From Chiloscyllium plagiosum (taxonomy: Eukaryota): a stretch of DNA of 64,000 nt. The notes below the pieces were generated by a model that did no database searches, was not told where the DNA came from, and saw nothing but the letters and a program-made list of their open reading frames with translations. This document shows positions 14,340 through 27,929 of the stretch, one piece after another (the first letter of the stretch is position 1; each line of letters opens with the position of its first letter). The DNA lies in contig NC_057749.1 in the NCBI RefSeq assembly GCF_004010195.1, positions 16,103,831 through 16,167,830 of the forward strand, in the 5' to 3' direction. The position numbers and the translations under genes were made by a program.

Positions 14340-14612
14340 GCACGGTGGCTCAGTGGTTAGCACTGCTGCATCACAGCACAGGGTTCCAGGCGACTGTCTG
14401 TGTGGAATTTACCCATTTCCCCCTGTGTCTGCGTGGTTTTCCTCCCACAGTCCAAAGATGTGCAGGTCAGGTGAATTGGCCATGCTAAATTGCCCATAGT
14501 GTTAGGTGCATCAGTCAGAGGGAAATGGGTCTGGGTGGGTTACTCTTTGGAGGGTCAGTGTAGACTGGTTGGGCCAAAGGGCCTATTTCCACCCTTTAGA
14601 GAATCTAATCTA
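14340..14612 (+). mobile_element. HE1-type SINE
   Basis: cacggtggctcagtggttagcactgctg head, V-domain, aatctaatct tail. Confidence 0.88.
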
Positions 14613-15053
14613 ACTTAGACAATGGTGTATTTTGTCCTACCATCAGGTTGGAACATCAATTTCAATGATTAAATGGCCACTGAGCCACTCTACGTGGAGA
14701 GAGTGATACATATAATTTGGGAAAGCTTCAATATCAACAACAGAAACCCTAAGCTTGTCAAAAGTCACCCACCCTGCAGCAAACTGCAATATACAGCAAG
14801 TAATCTAACATCATCATCGCAAGGAGTAACATCACGATACATTGCTCACACCATATCAACAGATCAAGGTGAAAGAATTGTCAACACTTATTACTTCTAA
14901 TAAAAACAATTCCAGTTAAAGACGATGAGAAGGAAGTTGATTAATTTTCCAAATTTGCTCATCGTATCAAAAAAAATCTATTTTTTGAGTTTTTAATCTT
15001 AAGCACTCATTACAGGATGGGAGAAGACTAATTTCAAGTGAAGTTCCACTCAC

Positions 15054-15150
15054 CCTCTATAACCTCCATGTTGCTGGCTCCACTCAGCATTTAGGCCCCA
15101 GCTGGAAACTCCCCTAACAACCTCCCGGCCAACCGAACCTGACACCGGAA
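15054..15150 (-). other. Putative first exon of an unidentified leftward-transcribed gene
   Basis: Minus-strand donor GAGG|gtgagt (intron starts at 15053) directly beside the promoter. In-frame ATGs at 15090 and 15069 give MLSGASNMEVIE. The 5' end is approximate. Confidence 0.5.
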
Positions 15151-15325
15151 GTTGCCTCTCGCGTGGTTGACATCCAAACCTGATCGCGGCCGGAGAGCAT
15201 CGCCAGGAAAGGGGCGTGGCCTCTCGGTGACGTCAACCGTCAATCAGAGGCGGCGACCCACCCCAGACTTGACCAAACAGTGCCACTGCTGCTTGGTGGC
15301 GAAGGTCCGTAAGCGCACCCATCGA
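15120..15325. promoter_or_regulatory. CpG-rich housekeeping-type promoter
   Basis: Local CpG cluster with ETS/GABP CCGGAAGT (15145-15152), TCTCGCG (15157-15163), SP/KLF GGGGCGTGGC (15211-15220) and palindromic CRE TGACGTCA (15228-15235). Confidence 0.75.
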
Positions 15326-15438
15326 CATGGCATCAGCCCAGAGTGCCAATTACAAACTTGGCATCAGCCCCCAACTACAATCGTAAACTTAACATTAGCC
15401 TACAGTCTCACATACAGTAGTCACAAACCTGGCATCAT
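15325..15438. repeat. Degenerate copies of the ~38-bp minisatellite unit
   Basis: tggcatcagcccagagt, caaacttggcatcagccc and agtcacaaacctggcatcat match the array at 47660-47946. Confidence 0.75.
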
Positions 15439-15439
15439 A

Positions 15440-17190
15440 GGTGAAAAGACTAGGGAATAGCCAATGTTGTTTCTCTGTTTAAGAAGGGCAACAGGGATAA
15501 TCCAGAAAATTATAAACTATATTAGAGAGGATTCTTAGGGACAAGTTTTACTCATGTTTGGAAGTGAATGGACTTATTACGGATAGTCAGCTTGTCTCAA
15601 ACATTATTGAGTTTGTTGAGGAAGTGATAAAGACGATTGATGAGGTGAGGCAGTGGATGTTTTCTACATGACTTTTGACAAGGTCCCTCATGATTGACTG
15701 GTCCAGAAGATTAAGTTGCATGCAATCAATGGTGAGTTGGCAAGTTAGGTACAAAATTAGTTTGGTCATTGAAAACAAAGGGTAAATGTGGAGGGGTGTA
15801 TTTCTGACTGAACGTCTATGACCAATGGTGGTCAGCAAGGATCAGCGCTGGGACCTCTATTGATAAGGATGAAAATGTAGGTGGGCTGATTAATAAGTTT
15901 ACATATGATATGAAAGTTACAGAGTCAAAGAGTCAAACAGCATGGAAACAGGCCCTACAGCCACGGTGGACAGTGAAGAAGGTTCTCAAAGAATACAACA
16001 GGATATAGATCAGTTGGAAAGTCAGGGAGGGAAATGTCAGACGGAGTTTAATCCACATGTGAGGTGCTGCGTTATGGGAGGTCAAATGCAAGAGAAAAGA
16101 CCCTCCAACCTTGGCAACATCCTTGTAAGTCTTTTCTGAACCTTTTCAAGTTTAGCAACATCTTTCCTATAGCAAGGAGATCAGAATTGAATGCAGGATT
16201 CCAAAAGTGGCCTAACCAATATCCTGTACAGCTGCTTAATGCTTTTGTGTGTTATTGGAGTTGCACTCAACCAGATAGGTGGAAAGTATTCCATCAATCC
16301 TGACTTATGCCTTATTCACAACAGATAGTGAATAGGCTTTGTGGAAACAGAAGATTGCAGGATTCTTATCCTCAGAGCTGCTCTTGTAGTCACAGTAGTT
16401 ATATGGCTAGTTCAGTCCAGTCAATAGTAACTTGATAGTAGGGGATTCCAAGATCGTAATTGAATGTCAAAGGGCAATTACTTAGATCCGATTTTGTTGG
16501 AGATGGTAATTGCCTGGCACTTATCAGCCCAAACCCGGATGTTGCCTGTATTTGGATATGGACTGCTTCAGTATCTGAAGAGTCATGAATGGTGTGGAAC
16601 TTTGTGCAGTAACAAGCAAATAATCCTCTATCTGACTTTGTGATGGAGGGAGGATCAATGACGAAATAGCTGAAGATGATTAGAGCTAGGACACTACCCT
16701 GAGGAACTCTGTAGAGATGTGCTGGAGCTGAAGAGACTGACTTCTAACAACCACAACTATCTTCTTTTTGTGCCAGGTATGACTTCAACCAGCAGAGAGT
16801 TTTCCAATAGCTCTCAAGAAACTTGACACCATCCAGGAAAAGGCGGCACGTTTGATGGGCAACACATTCATAAACATTCACTCCCTCCACTGATAATTCT
16901 CAGTAGCAGCAGTGCATATCATCTGCAAGATACACTGCAGAAATTCGCCAAGGCTCTTTACAGCATATTAAAATAACCCAAGGGCAGCAGATATATGGTA
17001 ACACCACAACCTGCAAGTTCCACTCCAAGGTGCACCCATCCTGACTTGGAATTGTATTGCCATTCTTTTTATGTCTCTGGGTCAAAATCCACCACAATAG
17101 ACTGCAACAGTTCAAGAAAACAGATCACCAGCACCTTCTCAAAGGCATCTAGGGAAGGGCAATGAATGCTGGTCCAGCCAACCCACTCCT
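15440..17190. mobile_element. Cluster of decayed LINE fragments (CR1/L2 clades, mixed orientation)
   Basis: RT motifs such as dfdkvph and ggatcagcgctgggacct, plus a LINE C-terminal remnant aaacttgacaccatccagga. Confidence 0.7.
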
Positions 17191-18924
17191 CATCCTGGGA
17201 ATTGAATTTTAAATATATATATTGTTTTTCTTCTACACTGGTAATTTTTGAAAATCATCCTAATGATTCCAGGATGAAAACCTTTGACAAAATATGTTTT
17301 TGTCAGCAATATTTACCATCAAGTGACTGCTTAGATAACAAAATACTAACATATGAGGAAACCATTGAGCCAGGCTTACTTTATTTCTCTGAAAAATTAC
17401 GTTATTGCAGTATTCCATTGTTTTGAAAAATAATTCTTGTATTCCTATCTTTTTCCTCTGTTGACCACTCAGTGTAAAGATGAACTGTAATCTCAATTTT
17501 CTCTTTGATTAGTTGCAATGATTTTCGCTTGTTCCAAACTCCCCATCATCATGTATGTGAATAGATAGAGTTCCTCTTATTACAAAGACATTTTATAGTA
17601 AATATTGTTTGGATAACTTAAGTTTTGAAGGATTGTAGAAAATGAAGTTATTTCAAGTTTTGCGAAAATATCTGGGGCGGTTTCTTTAAAGTTTACTGTG
17701 GGCTTCAGGATTTTGTTTTAACACAGCATGCTGCAAATCACATAACTGGTTTTAACTGCCTGTTTTGCATTGAGCTCTCCTGTGGACTGGGTTGAACAGT
17801 AACCGGTTTGGACAGGTTCTTGCTTTTATCTGTTCAGTTGGAGGAAAGTAAGCCCAGAATAAGCTACCCAGCTGATCCCTCCCATTCTGGAAAGAAACAC
17901 GTTTTATTAAGTTCAAGGTGAAATCTATCATTCTTTTGAAAGCGTGATTGAAGGAACATCTAAAGATTGTCTGTAAGACTTCAGAGACAACTACGCATGA
18001 GTAATGATATGACATTGTTCGCCAGAGTTTGTTGAGGATGAAACAGGATATAGATCAAAGTAACAAACTCCAAAACATTTTACATTTTACCCTTTTGCCT
18101 TCAAGAACAATCTATTGCTAATAGCTTTTTTTTCAAAAAGCAATTTTTTGCAGGGAAAGTTTAGGGTTTTTTTCATTTCATGAGTGCCTACGTGTTAATG
18201 TGTGTTTTGGTGATATTTCGAGGGATAAACATTATACTTCTATGTTACTATGTATGTTTACCAATTTTTTAATCTTTATTGAATGAATTTTGCTTTGATA
18301 ATGAACCATTGTGTTTATTAAGAATCCTGATTGATAGATCTTGCTTAAAAGCTGTTATCAATATTTAATGCTTCACTGTCATTGGGTCAAAATCCTGGAA
18401 TTCCCACCCTCATTGTGGGTCAACCTACAGCAATATGGACTGAAGTGGTTCAAGAGGCAGCTCACCATCTCAAGGCCAATTAGAGATGGGCAATGAGATG
18501 GACAATAAATGCTGGCCAGCCATCAATGTCTACATCCCAAGAGTAAACTTTTTAACAAAATTATTCTGGTAACTGGAAAAAGTAATTTCATTTAATGCTG
18601 CAATCCATGGAGTAGTGGAACTACAGCAACAGTACACTCCTTCCGCCTTACTCATAACACTGATTTGCTCCATTTTAGCTAAGACACTACCACTTAGCTC
18701 TTTAACTAACAATGGGATTGATGCATTTTATTGTTTGTAGTTTATGTCCAAATGGCACAACCTTGTGGTTTAGGAACCCGTGAGCTTAAGAGACTCAGTA
18801 GACCGATCTCTCTTCATCAGATACCACGTCTCAGTTACAGATTCTCTCCTAAGTTTGATCCTACTCAAGCTCTCCTCCATTCTTTTGGAAGTCCCTTAGT
18901 AGCTGTTCTAGTATACATAGCAGG

Positions 18925-19082
18925 TAAAAACAATGACTGCAGATGCTGGAAACCAGATTCTGGATTAGTGGTGCTGGAAAAGCACTGCATTTCAGGCAGC
19001 ATCCGAGGAACAGTAAAATCAACGTTTCGGGCAAAAGCCCTTCATCAGGAAAACAGGCAGAGTGCCTGAAGGGTGGAGAGAT
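18925..19082 (-). mobile_element. Penelope terminal fragment with hammerhead core (19021-19048)
   Basis: Reverse complement of the unit at 1-116. Confidence 0.8.
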
Positions 19083-21949
19083 GTACCATGTGTTTCTTAT
19101 TTGCCATTCCTGGTCAGTACTGTCCCCCTCCTGATGGTGCACTCAGCTGTCAATAGTCGCCATGTCCAATTGTGAGACATAAAAGTTGACTCCACTACTT
19201 AGTGCTGTCAAAGCTGCAGTGATAGCTGAAAATCAGTGCCTTCCTTCAAGGGTGCTTCATCTGTTCTGGAATTAAAGAATTTCTTCTCAATGATCATTCA
19301 TGCTGCATGATTCTACATGAGCTTCTTTTCCATAGAGTGCAGTTAATGAGGGTGTAACGGGTTGATCTGCACTTCTGCAGAGGTTCATAAAATTATTTTA
19401 GAATAGAGCTTGGAAATGCATGTTGTCTCATCTACTCACTGTCACTATTTCACTACAGATTCCACTTTGTCAATAAAATGAACAAGCAAATGACATTATG
19501 ATCCTTTAGACACAAAAGGAAAAGGTAATTTGGGTATTTTAGAGCAACAGTAACAACAAGAGCATTCTGAAAATCTATCATTTAAGCATGTATGATAAAC
19601 CAGTATGGAATCGCTGAAATGACTGTTCCAGTGAAGCTGCTAATTGTGATCATTTATCTGTAACAGCTTGTATTACCCAACACATGTATGATGACCAAAT
19701 AGGGAAACTGTCATAATCTTTGAAGTGAAATATCAATTTCTGGCATTACTGACAAAAGGTTAGCCCTGGGTACACATTGTGCTATTCCAGAATTGCTATC
19801 GAAATTAAAGTTCCTTTCCCTGAGCTCCTACACTTTCCAAATAAACCCAACTGCTGGACAAGACCTGAGGTTTGATGTGGCCAGGATCAGTGGAGAGGAT
19901 GAGTTTTAAGAATATTGAGAATCAACAATCAGTAAAACCAAAACTAGAAAGGGGGATGATATACCCATAATGAAATGTATTATTTTGATGTTGAATTGGG
20001 AAATCCTTTCATATTCAGTGCAAAACACAGGTAATATGCAAAGAATTTGACGAGTTAATGTATATCTTCAGCTGCTTTGCAAACAAATCACAAAGACATA
20101 CCCTACCCGCATAAAAATAAAATGTTTTCATTTAATGTTGCAATCCATGGAGTAATGGGACAAAAGCATAGTGTATTTACAGCGACTACATATCTCGAAT
20201 GAAATCATAAGCAAAAGACAAACTGTTTGAGGTCGGTCCTCAGTTTGATGGCAGGCGATCCAACATTTCTCTCTCCAAGATTTGTGACTCTTTGGAACTC
20301 TCCAAAGAGAGTTGTGGCTATTTAATTGTTGAATACATTGTTTAATATTTAATTGTTGAATACATTTAAGGTGGGACAGACAGATTTTTGATCTCTCTGG
20401 GAACCAAGGGAAATAGGAAGCAGGTGGAAAAGTGGAGTTGAAGCCCACAATCAGCCATGATCACATTGAATGGCAGAGCAAGCTCAATGGGCTGAATGGT
20501 CTACTGCTGCCTCTCTGTCATGTGTTATTACAGTGGTTTTATCTAAATACTATTACATTTGTTAACTTTTTAAATATGGTTAAACATCTTTGAACATTTC
20601 ATAAACTTTGAAAATTATAAACTTTGAAATTTATCTTAAAACATATTTTAAAATTTCAGAATGGTGAGATACATTAACAAATTCTGAATGTTCGGTGACT
20701 GCCCCAAGAAAAGCGTGGTTACAAACAGTTTTGGTCATATGTGGTAGTGTTTGTAATTCAAAAGATTAAACTATTACTGAAAATGTCTCTTCCAGAAATT
20801 GACACACCCCTAGCCAAGCCTGTAACATTTCTATCTTGATGTGGGTGCCAACATGTCCAAGCATATCTTCTACTCTGAAAAACAGCCAATTACCACCCAA
20901 TCAGTCTACTCTCGATCGTCAGTAAAGTGACGGAAGGTGTCATCAATAGTGCGATCAAGCTAGAACCACTCCTCTCCTGACCCTCTTGCAACCTTGGTTC
21001 ATATATGGACAAAAGAGCTGAATAGCATAAGTACACTGAAACTGTGCTATACAGAAGAGGTTTCTTCCCTGTACCCAACTCTTCACAAATGTAGAATAAG
21101 GATATGAAAAAACTTGGGTTTATAATCCTGATTACAGCTCACTAACATAAAATATTTTCAGAGAAGAAAGTAGTGGAAAACACAAATATTTTGTTTCGTT
21201 TTAATACATTTTATTAACTTCAGTACTGTATTTCAGAAAATATCTTTAAAAATATTTAATTTTAACCCAGTTTGCAACAAATTTGCAGCAGGGAATCTCA
21301 GGATTTTAGTTGTTGACAACGTTTTTGTAAATTCCAGTCAAAATGTATAATTAATTTGACGGACACAAAGAGTAATCTAACATGACCATTCTTATCGCTG
21401 GTTTCTCATGGATAATGCAAACCACATGGGCTGTCCCCCTGCTGTTATTGGCCAAACTAATATTTACAAAAAAAAGCAAAATGAATCTGTCCAAAATGCC
21501 ACATTACAGGTTTAGCCACTCTCTAATTTGCATCTTTCAAATCATGCTATATTCTGTTGGCAAACACTATTAAGTCCACTAGTTGACTCTTACATTTTGT
21601 GCTAATTGTTTTTCTGTTTAATCTATCTGTACAAGACTTTTGACGAGCCTTTGACTGAAGCAGAACTTTTGATCTCAGCTTCTTTTAGCCTGGCTGGATA
21701 AAGGTAAGATTCATCCTGCTCATCGCTCGAGCACTCTTGGATAGTGAATATAAATAATGTTGGATCTTTATCTCCTGTTTCTTTGGTGTCTAAGTTAATT
21801 TTGGTGATCCTTTTCGATTTAAATAGAGGAAAGAATATGGAGAAGTTCGGCTCCTGTGTACCTCAATTTTATCTACTCATTAGATTTAAGCTGAGATGCT
21901 GGTTTAACTGGTTAACTAATTTGTCATGTTTTACTGCTGAGCTATTGTG

Positions 21950-22104
21950 TAAAAACAATGACTGCAGATGCTGGAAACCAGATTCTGGATTAGAGTGGTG
22001 CTGGAAAAACACAGCAGTTCAGGCAGCATCCGCAGGAGAATCGACGTTTCGGGCAAAAGCCCTTCATCAGGAGTACAGGCAGAGTGCCTGAAGGGTGGAG
22101 AGAT
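21950..22104 (-). mobile_element. Penelope terminal fragment with hammerhead core (22043-22070)
   Basis: Near-identical to 18925-19082. Confidence 0.8.
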
Positions 22105-22239
22105 ATTATGCATAACATTTCCAGACAATGTTGCCTTTATCTCAAGAATGGAATAAGTTTTAAGAATAGAACAAGAATTTTTGATACAAGAAATCTAACT
22201 CCCCTTGCCTACGTTTCACCATATTTCCTAATTCAGACA

Positions 22240-22792
22240 TGTTGGTTAGCACTGCTGTCTCACAGATCTGGTTCAATTCCAGCCTCGGGCGACAGTGTGG
22301 AGTTTGCACATTCTCCCCATGCCTGCGTGAGTTTCCACCAGGCGGTGCGGTTTCCTCCCACGGTCTAAATGTGTGCGGGTAGGTGAATTGGACATGTTAA
22401 ATTGCCCATAGTGTTCAGGGACGTGTAGGTTAGGGGCGTTAGTCAGGAGAAATGTAGAGTGTGAGGGTAGGGGAATGGATCTGGCTGGCATACCTTTCGG
22501 AGGGTCGGTGTGTAAAAATGTGCTGTTGGAAAAGCGCAGCAGGTCAGGCAGCATCAAAGGAGCAGGAGAATCGACGTTTCGGGCATAAGCCCTTCTTCAG
22601 GAAGCCCTTCTTCAGGCTTATGCCCGAAACGTCGATTCTCCTGTTCCTTTGATGCTGCCTGACCTGCTGCGCTTTTCCAGCAACACATTTTTAAGCTCTG
22701 ATCTCCGGCATCTTCAGTCCTCACTTTCTCCTAGGAAGGTCGGTGTGGACTTGTTGGGCTGAATGGCCTGCTTCCACACTGTAGGGATTCTA
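22240..22792 (+). mobile_element. HE1-type SINE interrupted by a Penelope fold-back insertion (22513-22733)
   Basis: SINE body on both sides. 14-bp TSD ggagggtcggtgtg/ggaaggtcggtgtg at 22499-22512 and 22734-22747. Confidence 0.85.
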
Positions 22793-23035
22793 TAATATAT
22801 TTGGAATAGTTTGCTCATATAAATACAGGATACTTATGTTAACATACGGGGAAGTAACTCAAAATACAACTTTAAGAAACAATGCTGTTAATACATTCCA
22901 GATTTGGGAATTTGATGAGTGAAGGATTTCAGTGGATGATGGAAGAGGTGCTATTCTGGTTACTAAAAAAGACCAGTTCAAACCAGTATTTTTTCATCAT
23001 GGCCAATTCAAATCTTTGGAATTTGTGATGGCATA

Positions 23036-23820
23036 TGTTACGACAAACCATGAACCCATCTGTTAATTAAACCAAACAACCAGAAAAGCTCACCTCGACA
23101 CGTAATCTGTTAAAGTATGAGTGACAGAGAACTCCTAAATTCCACCATTTAAAGAAAGTAATATCACAAACCTTCACAAACCTTGCATAGTAATATCACT
23201 TTATTACTTAACTCTAAATGTGAACATTAAACAACAACTATTCACAACTCTAAACCCCCTTTCTCTTAACTGCTTGTTATTTGCCTCCAACTCTGTAACA
23301 ATATACTGTTCCAATAAAAACCCACGTTAAAATTACATCAACCTAATTTCAAAACCAGACAGCAGCTGTCATCTCTGGTGTCTTTCTCCTTTCAGCTGAA
23401 GGTCTCTCTGAGTCATCTTGTGTCTTTTATTGTAAAGATGCTTCATATGAAAAGGGTACCTTTGATAGAGTGTTTTGGATGACGGTCATTCTCTATCTAA
23501 CTTTCAAAGTTCCTGCTCTTTTTTATACCCCAAACATTGGATCATCTCATTGGTTCGAGATTGGCTCAAACAGTAAATTCAAACTCGATTAGGTTTTAGA
23601 ATGCTGGGGCATAATTTAAAATGATTGGTTAAATTCAAATTGTTGTCAAAAAAGTAACCAACTCAGGTATCTATTTCACAGCCAAATGTTATATGTTTTC
23701 AATTTTCTAGTACACTCTGAGGCTGCTAACTAGTCATATGACTAGTAAGCTTGTAAGCTGTCAGTGCAAAACAGCATTCACTCTCTTAAAGCTATAATAC
23801 ACACCTTCAACTTCATAACA
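23036..23820. mobile_element. Solo LTR (Gypsy-like), 785 bp
   Basis: Ends TGTTA...TAACA with 4-bp TSD CATA (23032-23035 and 23821-23824). Confidence 0.7.
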
Positions 23821-24436
23821 CATAAGCATGGGACTTGTGTAAATGCGCAGGACACTGTTAATAAGAATACTCTTTGGCAATCAGTTGTCTCAGAGACAAT
23901 ATTTTATGTCTTCGTGGTCAATTCTAGAGTTCAGCAGAATTGCAGAGTCCCCTCTCAGGTACAAACCTGGGCAAAACTAATGGTGATCCTGGGCTTCCCA
24001 AATATCCGGTTCCCCTCTTGACTTCCTTCATTGGATCCAAAGGAATGTAGAACACTAAATTTGGGGAATTTGGTGAGTAGAGGAATTTTCATGGTTGATC
24101 TGATTTTTTCTATTGAGCTTATTAAATTAATTTTAGACTTTATGTACAGTTGCATTCACAATGTTAGTCTGTAAACAATTTGCCAACTACTGGCAGCTGG
24201 CCTCTGTTATAACTAGGTAGCAAGTTTGAACTGGGAGGAGGCAATGGCCCAGAGGCATTGACACCAGACATATAAACCTTGAGAGAGAACCAGGTTATGT
24301 TCTGGAGAAAAACTGAAAGAACTGTGGATGCTGTAAATCAGAAACAAAACTAGAAATTACTGGAAAAGCTCAGCAGGTCTGGCAGCATCTGAAAAGAGAA
24401 ATTATAGTTAGTGTTTCAGGTCCAGTGACCCATCTC

Positions 24437-24645
24437 CCTACAGTATGGAAACAGGCCCTTCAGCCCAACAAGTCCACACCGACCCTCCGAAGAGTAACCC
24501 ACCCAGACCCATTTTCCCTTTGACTAATGCACCTAATCCTGTGGGCAATTTAACATGGCCAATTCACTGACCTGCACATCTTTGGAATTTGGGAGGAAAC
24601 CGGAGCACCCGGAGGAAACCCACGCAGACACTGGGAGAATGCGTA
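24437..24645 (-). mobile_element. HE1-type SINE 3' part
   Basis: Reverse complement of the SINE body seen at 10854-11156. Confidence 0.85.
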
Positions 24646-24889
24646 AATGATAGGTGGGGATACAGCTCATAGAGAGAGAAGAGCAGGTTGACAGACAAAA
24701 GGGTGGATAACAACCAGGCTACGAGAGTGAATAGCTATTAACGGGAACTGTTAGTGGCTAAAATTGGATTATGTGTAACAACAGACAATGTGATATCAAA
24801 GCCCGGTGTGTGAGTGTTGGGGGAAGGACATGGGAGAACTCAAGTCTTAAAATTATTGAACTCGATATTTTATCCAGAAGGATGCATGG

Positions 24890-25630
24890 TTTCCAAGGAG
24901 ACAGAGGATGGTAGGAGACAGAGGGTGGTGGTGGAGGGTTGTTTTTCGGACTGGAGGCCTGTGACCAGTGGTGTTCCACAAGGATTGGTACTGAGTCCAC
25001 TTTTGTTTGTCATTTATATAAACAATTTGGATGAGAATATAGGAGGCATGGTTAGTAAGTTTACGGATGACACCAAAATTGGTGGTGTAGTGGACAGTGA
25101 AGAAGGTTATCTAAGAGTACAAAGAGATCTTCATCAATTGGATCAATGCGCTAAATAATGGCAGATGGAGTTTAATTTGGAAAAAAGCAAGGTATTGTAT
25201 TTTGGTAAAGCAAACAAGGGCAGGACTTTTACAGTTAATGGTTGGGCCCTGGGTAGTGTTGTAGAAGGGAGGACCTACGGTTCAGGTACATAATTCCTTG
25301 AAATTTGCATAACAGGTCGTAGGGTGGTTAAAAAGGTGTTTAGCACGCTTGCCTTCGTTGCTCGGATCTTTGAATATATGAGTTGGGATGTCATGTTGAA
25401 TAGGATGTTGGCAAGATGTCTTCTGGAGCATGCAGTTCTGGTCACCCTGCTATAGAAAGGAGATGATTAAATTGGAGACAGTTCAGAAAAGATTTACCAG
25501 GATGTTGCTGGGAATAGAGGGTTTGATTTATAAAAACAGGCTGGGATTTTTTCACTGGAATATAAGAGGTTGAGGGATGACCTTATAAAAGTCTTGAAAA
25601 TCATGAGGGGCATAGATAAGGTGAATGTGG
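24890..25630 (+). mobile_element. CR1 LINE RT fragment
   Basis: [21 protein letters not shown]...KFTDDTK in ORF 24814..25158. Confidence 0.9.
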
Positions 25631-25634
25631 GTTA

Positions 25635-26790
25635 AAAAAAAGTGTGGTGTTGGAAAAACACAGCCGGTCAGGCAGCATCCAAGGTGCAGGAGGACTGATG
25701 TTTTTAGCATATGTTCTTCATCAATTGGGAGGATGCAGGGGGTGCCAAGGGGGCTGAGAGATAACTGGGAAGGGGAGTGGGGCTAGGGGGAATGTAGCTG
25801 GGAATGCGGTAAGTAGATGAAGATGGAGGGTGATGTTGATAGGTCGGAGTGGAGAGTGGAGTGGATAATTGGGAAGGAGGATGGACAGGTAGGACAGTCC
25901 AAGAGTGTGGTGCTGAGTTGGAGGGTTTGATCTGGGATGAGGTGAAGGGGAAGGGAGATGAGGAAGCTGGTGAAATTGATCCCGTATGGTTGGAGGGTCC
26001 AAAGGTGGAAGATGAGGCATTCTTCCTCTAGGCGTCGGGTGGCTAGGCAGTGGAGGAGGCCCAGGACTTGCATGTCCTTGGCGGAGTGGGAGGGTGAGTT
26101 AAGTGTTTGGCCATAGGGCGGTGGGGTTGTTTAGTGCATGTGTCCCAGAGATATTCTCTGAAACGTTCTGGAAGTTGGCATCCTGTCTCTCCAATGTAGA
26201 GGAGAAGACATCAAGAACAAGGGACACAGTAGATGATGTATGTGGAGGTACAGGAAAGTCTCTGTCAGATGTGGAAGGATCCTTTGGGGCCTTGGATGAA
26301 GGTGAGGGTGAAGGTGTGGACACAGGACACACACACTGTCCCCCTCTCTCTAGGAATAAGAGGGGGACAAGGAACACAGTAGATGATGTATGTGGAGGTA
26401 CAGGAAAGTCTCTGTCAGATGTGGAAGGATCCTTTGGGGCCTTGGATGAAGGTGAGGGTGAAGGTGTGGACACAGGTTTTACACCTCTTACGACAGCAAG
26501 GGAAGGTCAGTGAGTATAGGGTGGGTTAGTGGGGGGGCAGGGGGGGTGCGGGCGTGGACCTAACAAGAGAGTCGCGGAGGGAATGGTCTCTGCGGAATAC
26601 TGAAAGGGGTGGGGAGTGACATATATCTCTGGTGGTGGGGTCTGGACATAGGTGGCATAAATGGCGGAGGATGATGCACTGTATCCGGACGTTGGTGGGT
26701 TGGAAGGTGAGGACCAGGAGGGTTCTGTCCTTGTTGTGATTGGAGGGGTGGGGTTCAAGGGTGGAGGTGCGGGAAATGGAGGAGATCCTG
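25635..26790 (-). mobile_element. Penelope-like element 3' region with an internal ~110-bp tandem duplication
   Basis: [29 protein letters not shown]-type C-terminus. The segment near 26224-26326 repeats near 26374-26476. Confidence 0.85.
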
Positions 26791-27786
26791 CAATCTTTTC
26801 ACATCCGACAGACATTTGGGATGTGGGTGGACCCTCCACATAGGCCACTGAGTGTCTCGAATCACTTCTGCCATTCAATAAGATCATGGCTGATCCTATT
26901 TCTTCTCAACCAGTCTGCAGTTTTTGACACAGTTGAGTGTATCATTCTCCTCCAAAGCCTCTCCACCATTGGCAAACTGTGGGGGGGAGGGAGGCGGTGG
27001 GGATTGCTCTCATCTCGATTCATTCTCATCTACTACATATAGAAAGAAAGTTCATTATGGCTTCTCTTCTGCTAAACCCTGACTTCTGAAGTCCTCATGG
27101 TTCCCCCTTCCAACTCTCCCAGCCACATTAATATCAGCATTTGGTCTGATTTCGGGTAACAGAAAAGTGATTGTAAAAATTTTCTACAGGATTTGAAAAT
27201 GTTCCTGTCACATCCAGCACTCTTGAACAAATCTTGTGAATCCTTAATTCATCTGTTTTGTTCACTGGTATCGACCTGACTTGCAAATGTGCCTGACCCA
27301 CAACCCTGATCCAAGAGACTGAAGGATCTATGTAACGTCTAACCAACATGGTGCTGAAACCAGGGCTCAGTCTGTGTGCCAAGGTCACTATTCATTACAA
27401 CCTTTATTAAACTTTTAAAACCACTAAACATTCATTGCACAATCAAGTTTTGGAATGTATCTCCAGCAGTATTCAGCTTGCAAGTATTCCAATGCATGCC
27501 ACATTCTAATTAAATTCTTATGAACTACTAATAACATACCAGTCTCAACACTATTTTATGCAAATTAGAAAAATGCAATTGAGAACTGATGAGGGTGAGC
27601 AGAAGCATAAGACGTCAGAGTGGCAAACAAAGGGACCTTTTGAAAAGATAAAATCAAGTAAGCAATATCTTTGAATAGTGGATGCCTTAGGACTCACAGC
27701 ACTTCCCTGTCTTTGGAACTCACATCATTCACATCTTTCTACCTTCAGTCTTCTTGCTGCTGTTCTTCCTGCAGGTTGTTCTGAAA

Positions 27787-27929
27787 ATGGCCAGCACTTC
27801 CTTTTTAACCAACAGGAGGACCATTGGCACCCTCATGTTACTGGGGGCTGGCTCTCTGGCCAATGGGTTCTTACTCACAAGGGATTATATGAAAGCAAGG
27901 GCAAAACAGAGGAAATTGTATCCTCCCAG
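27787..27929 (+). CDS. ckmt1-like: Coding exon 1: mitochondrial transit peptide and mature N-terminus ([30 protein letters not shown]...RKLYPPS)
   Basis: aaaATGG Kozak context. GAGSLAxGFLL matches the CKMT1 presequence. Donor AG|gtaag at 27930. Acceptor ttcttcctgcag| ends at 27774. Confidence 0.93.

Noticed and set aside
14922..14965. Small inverted repeat acgatgag...ctcatcgt
   Set aside because: An 8-bp stem is within chance expectation and too weak for a pre-miRNA
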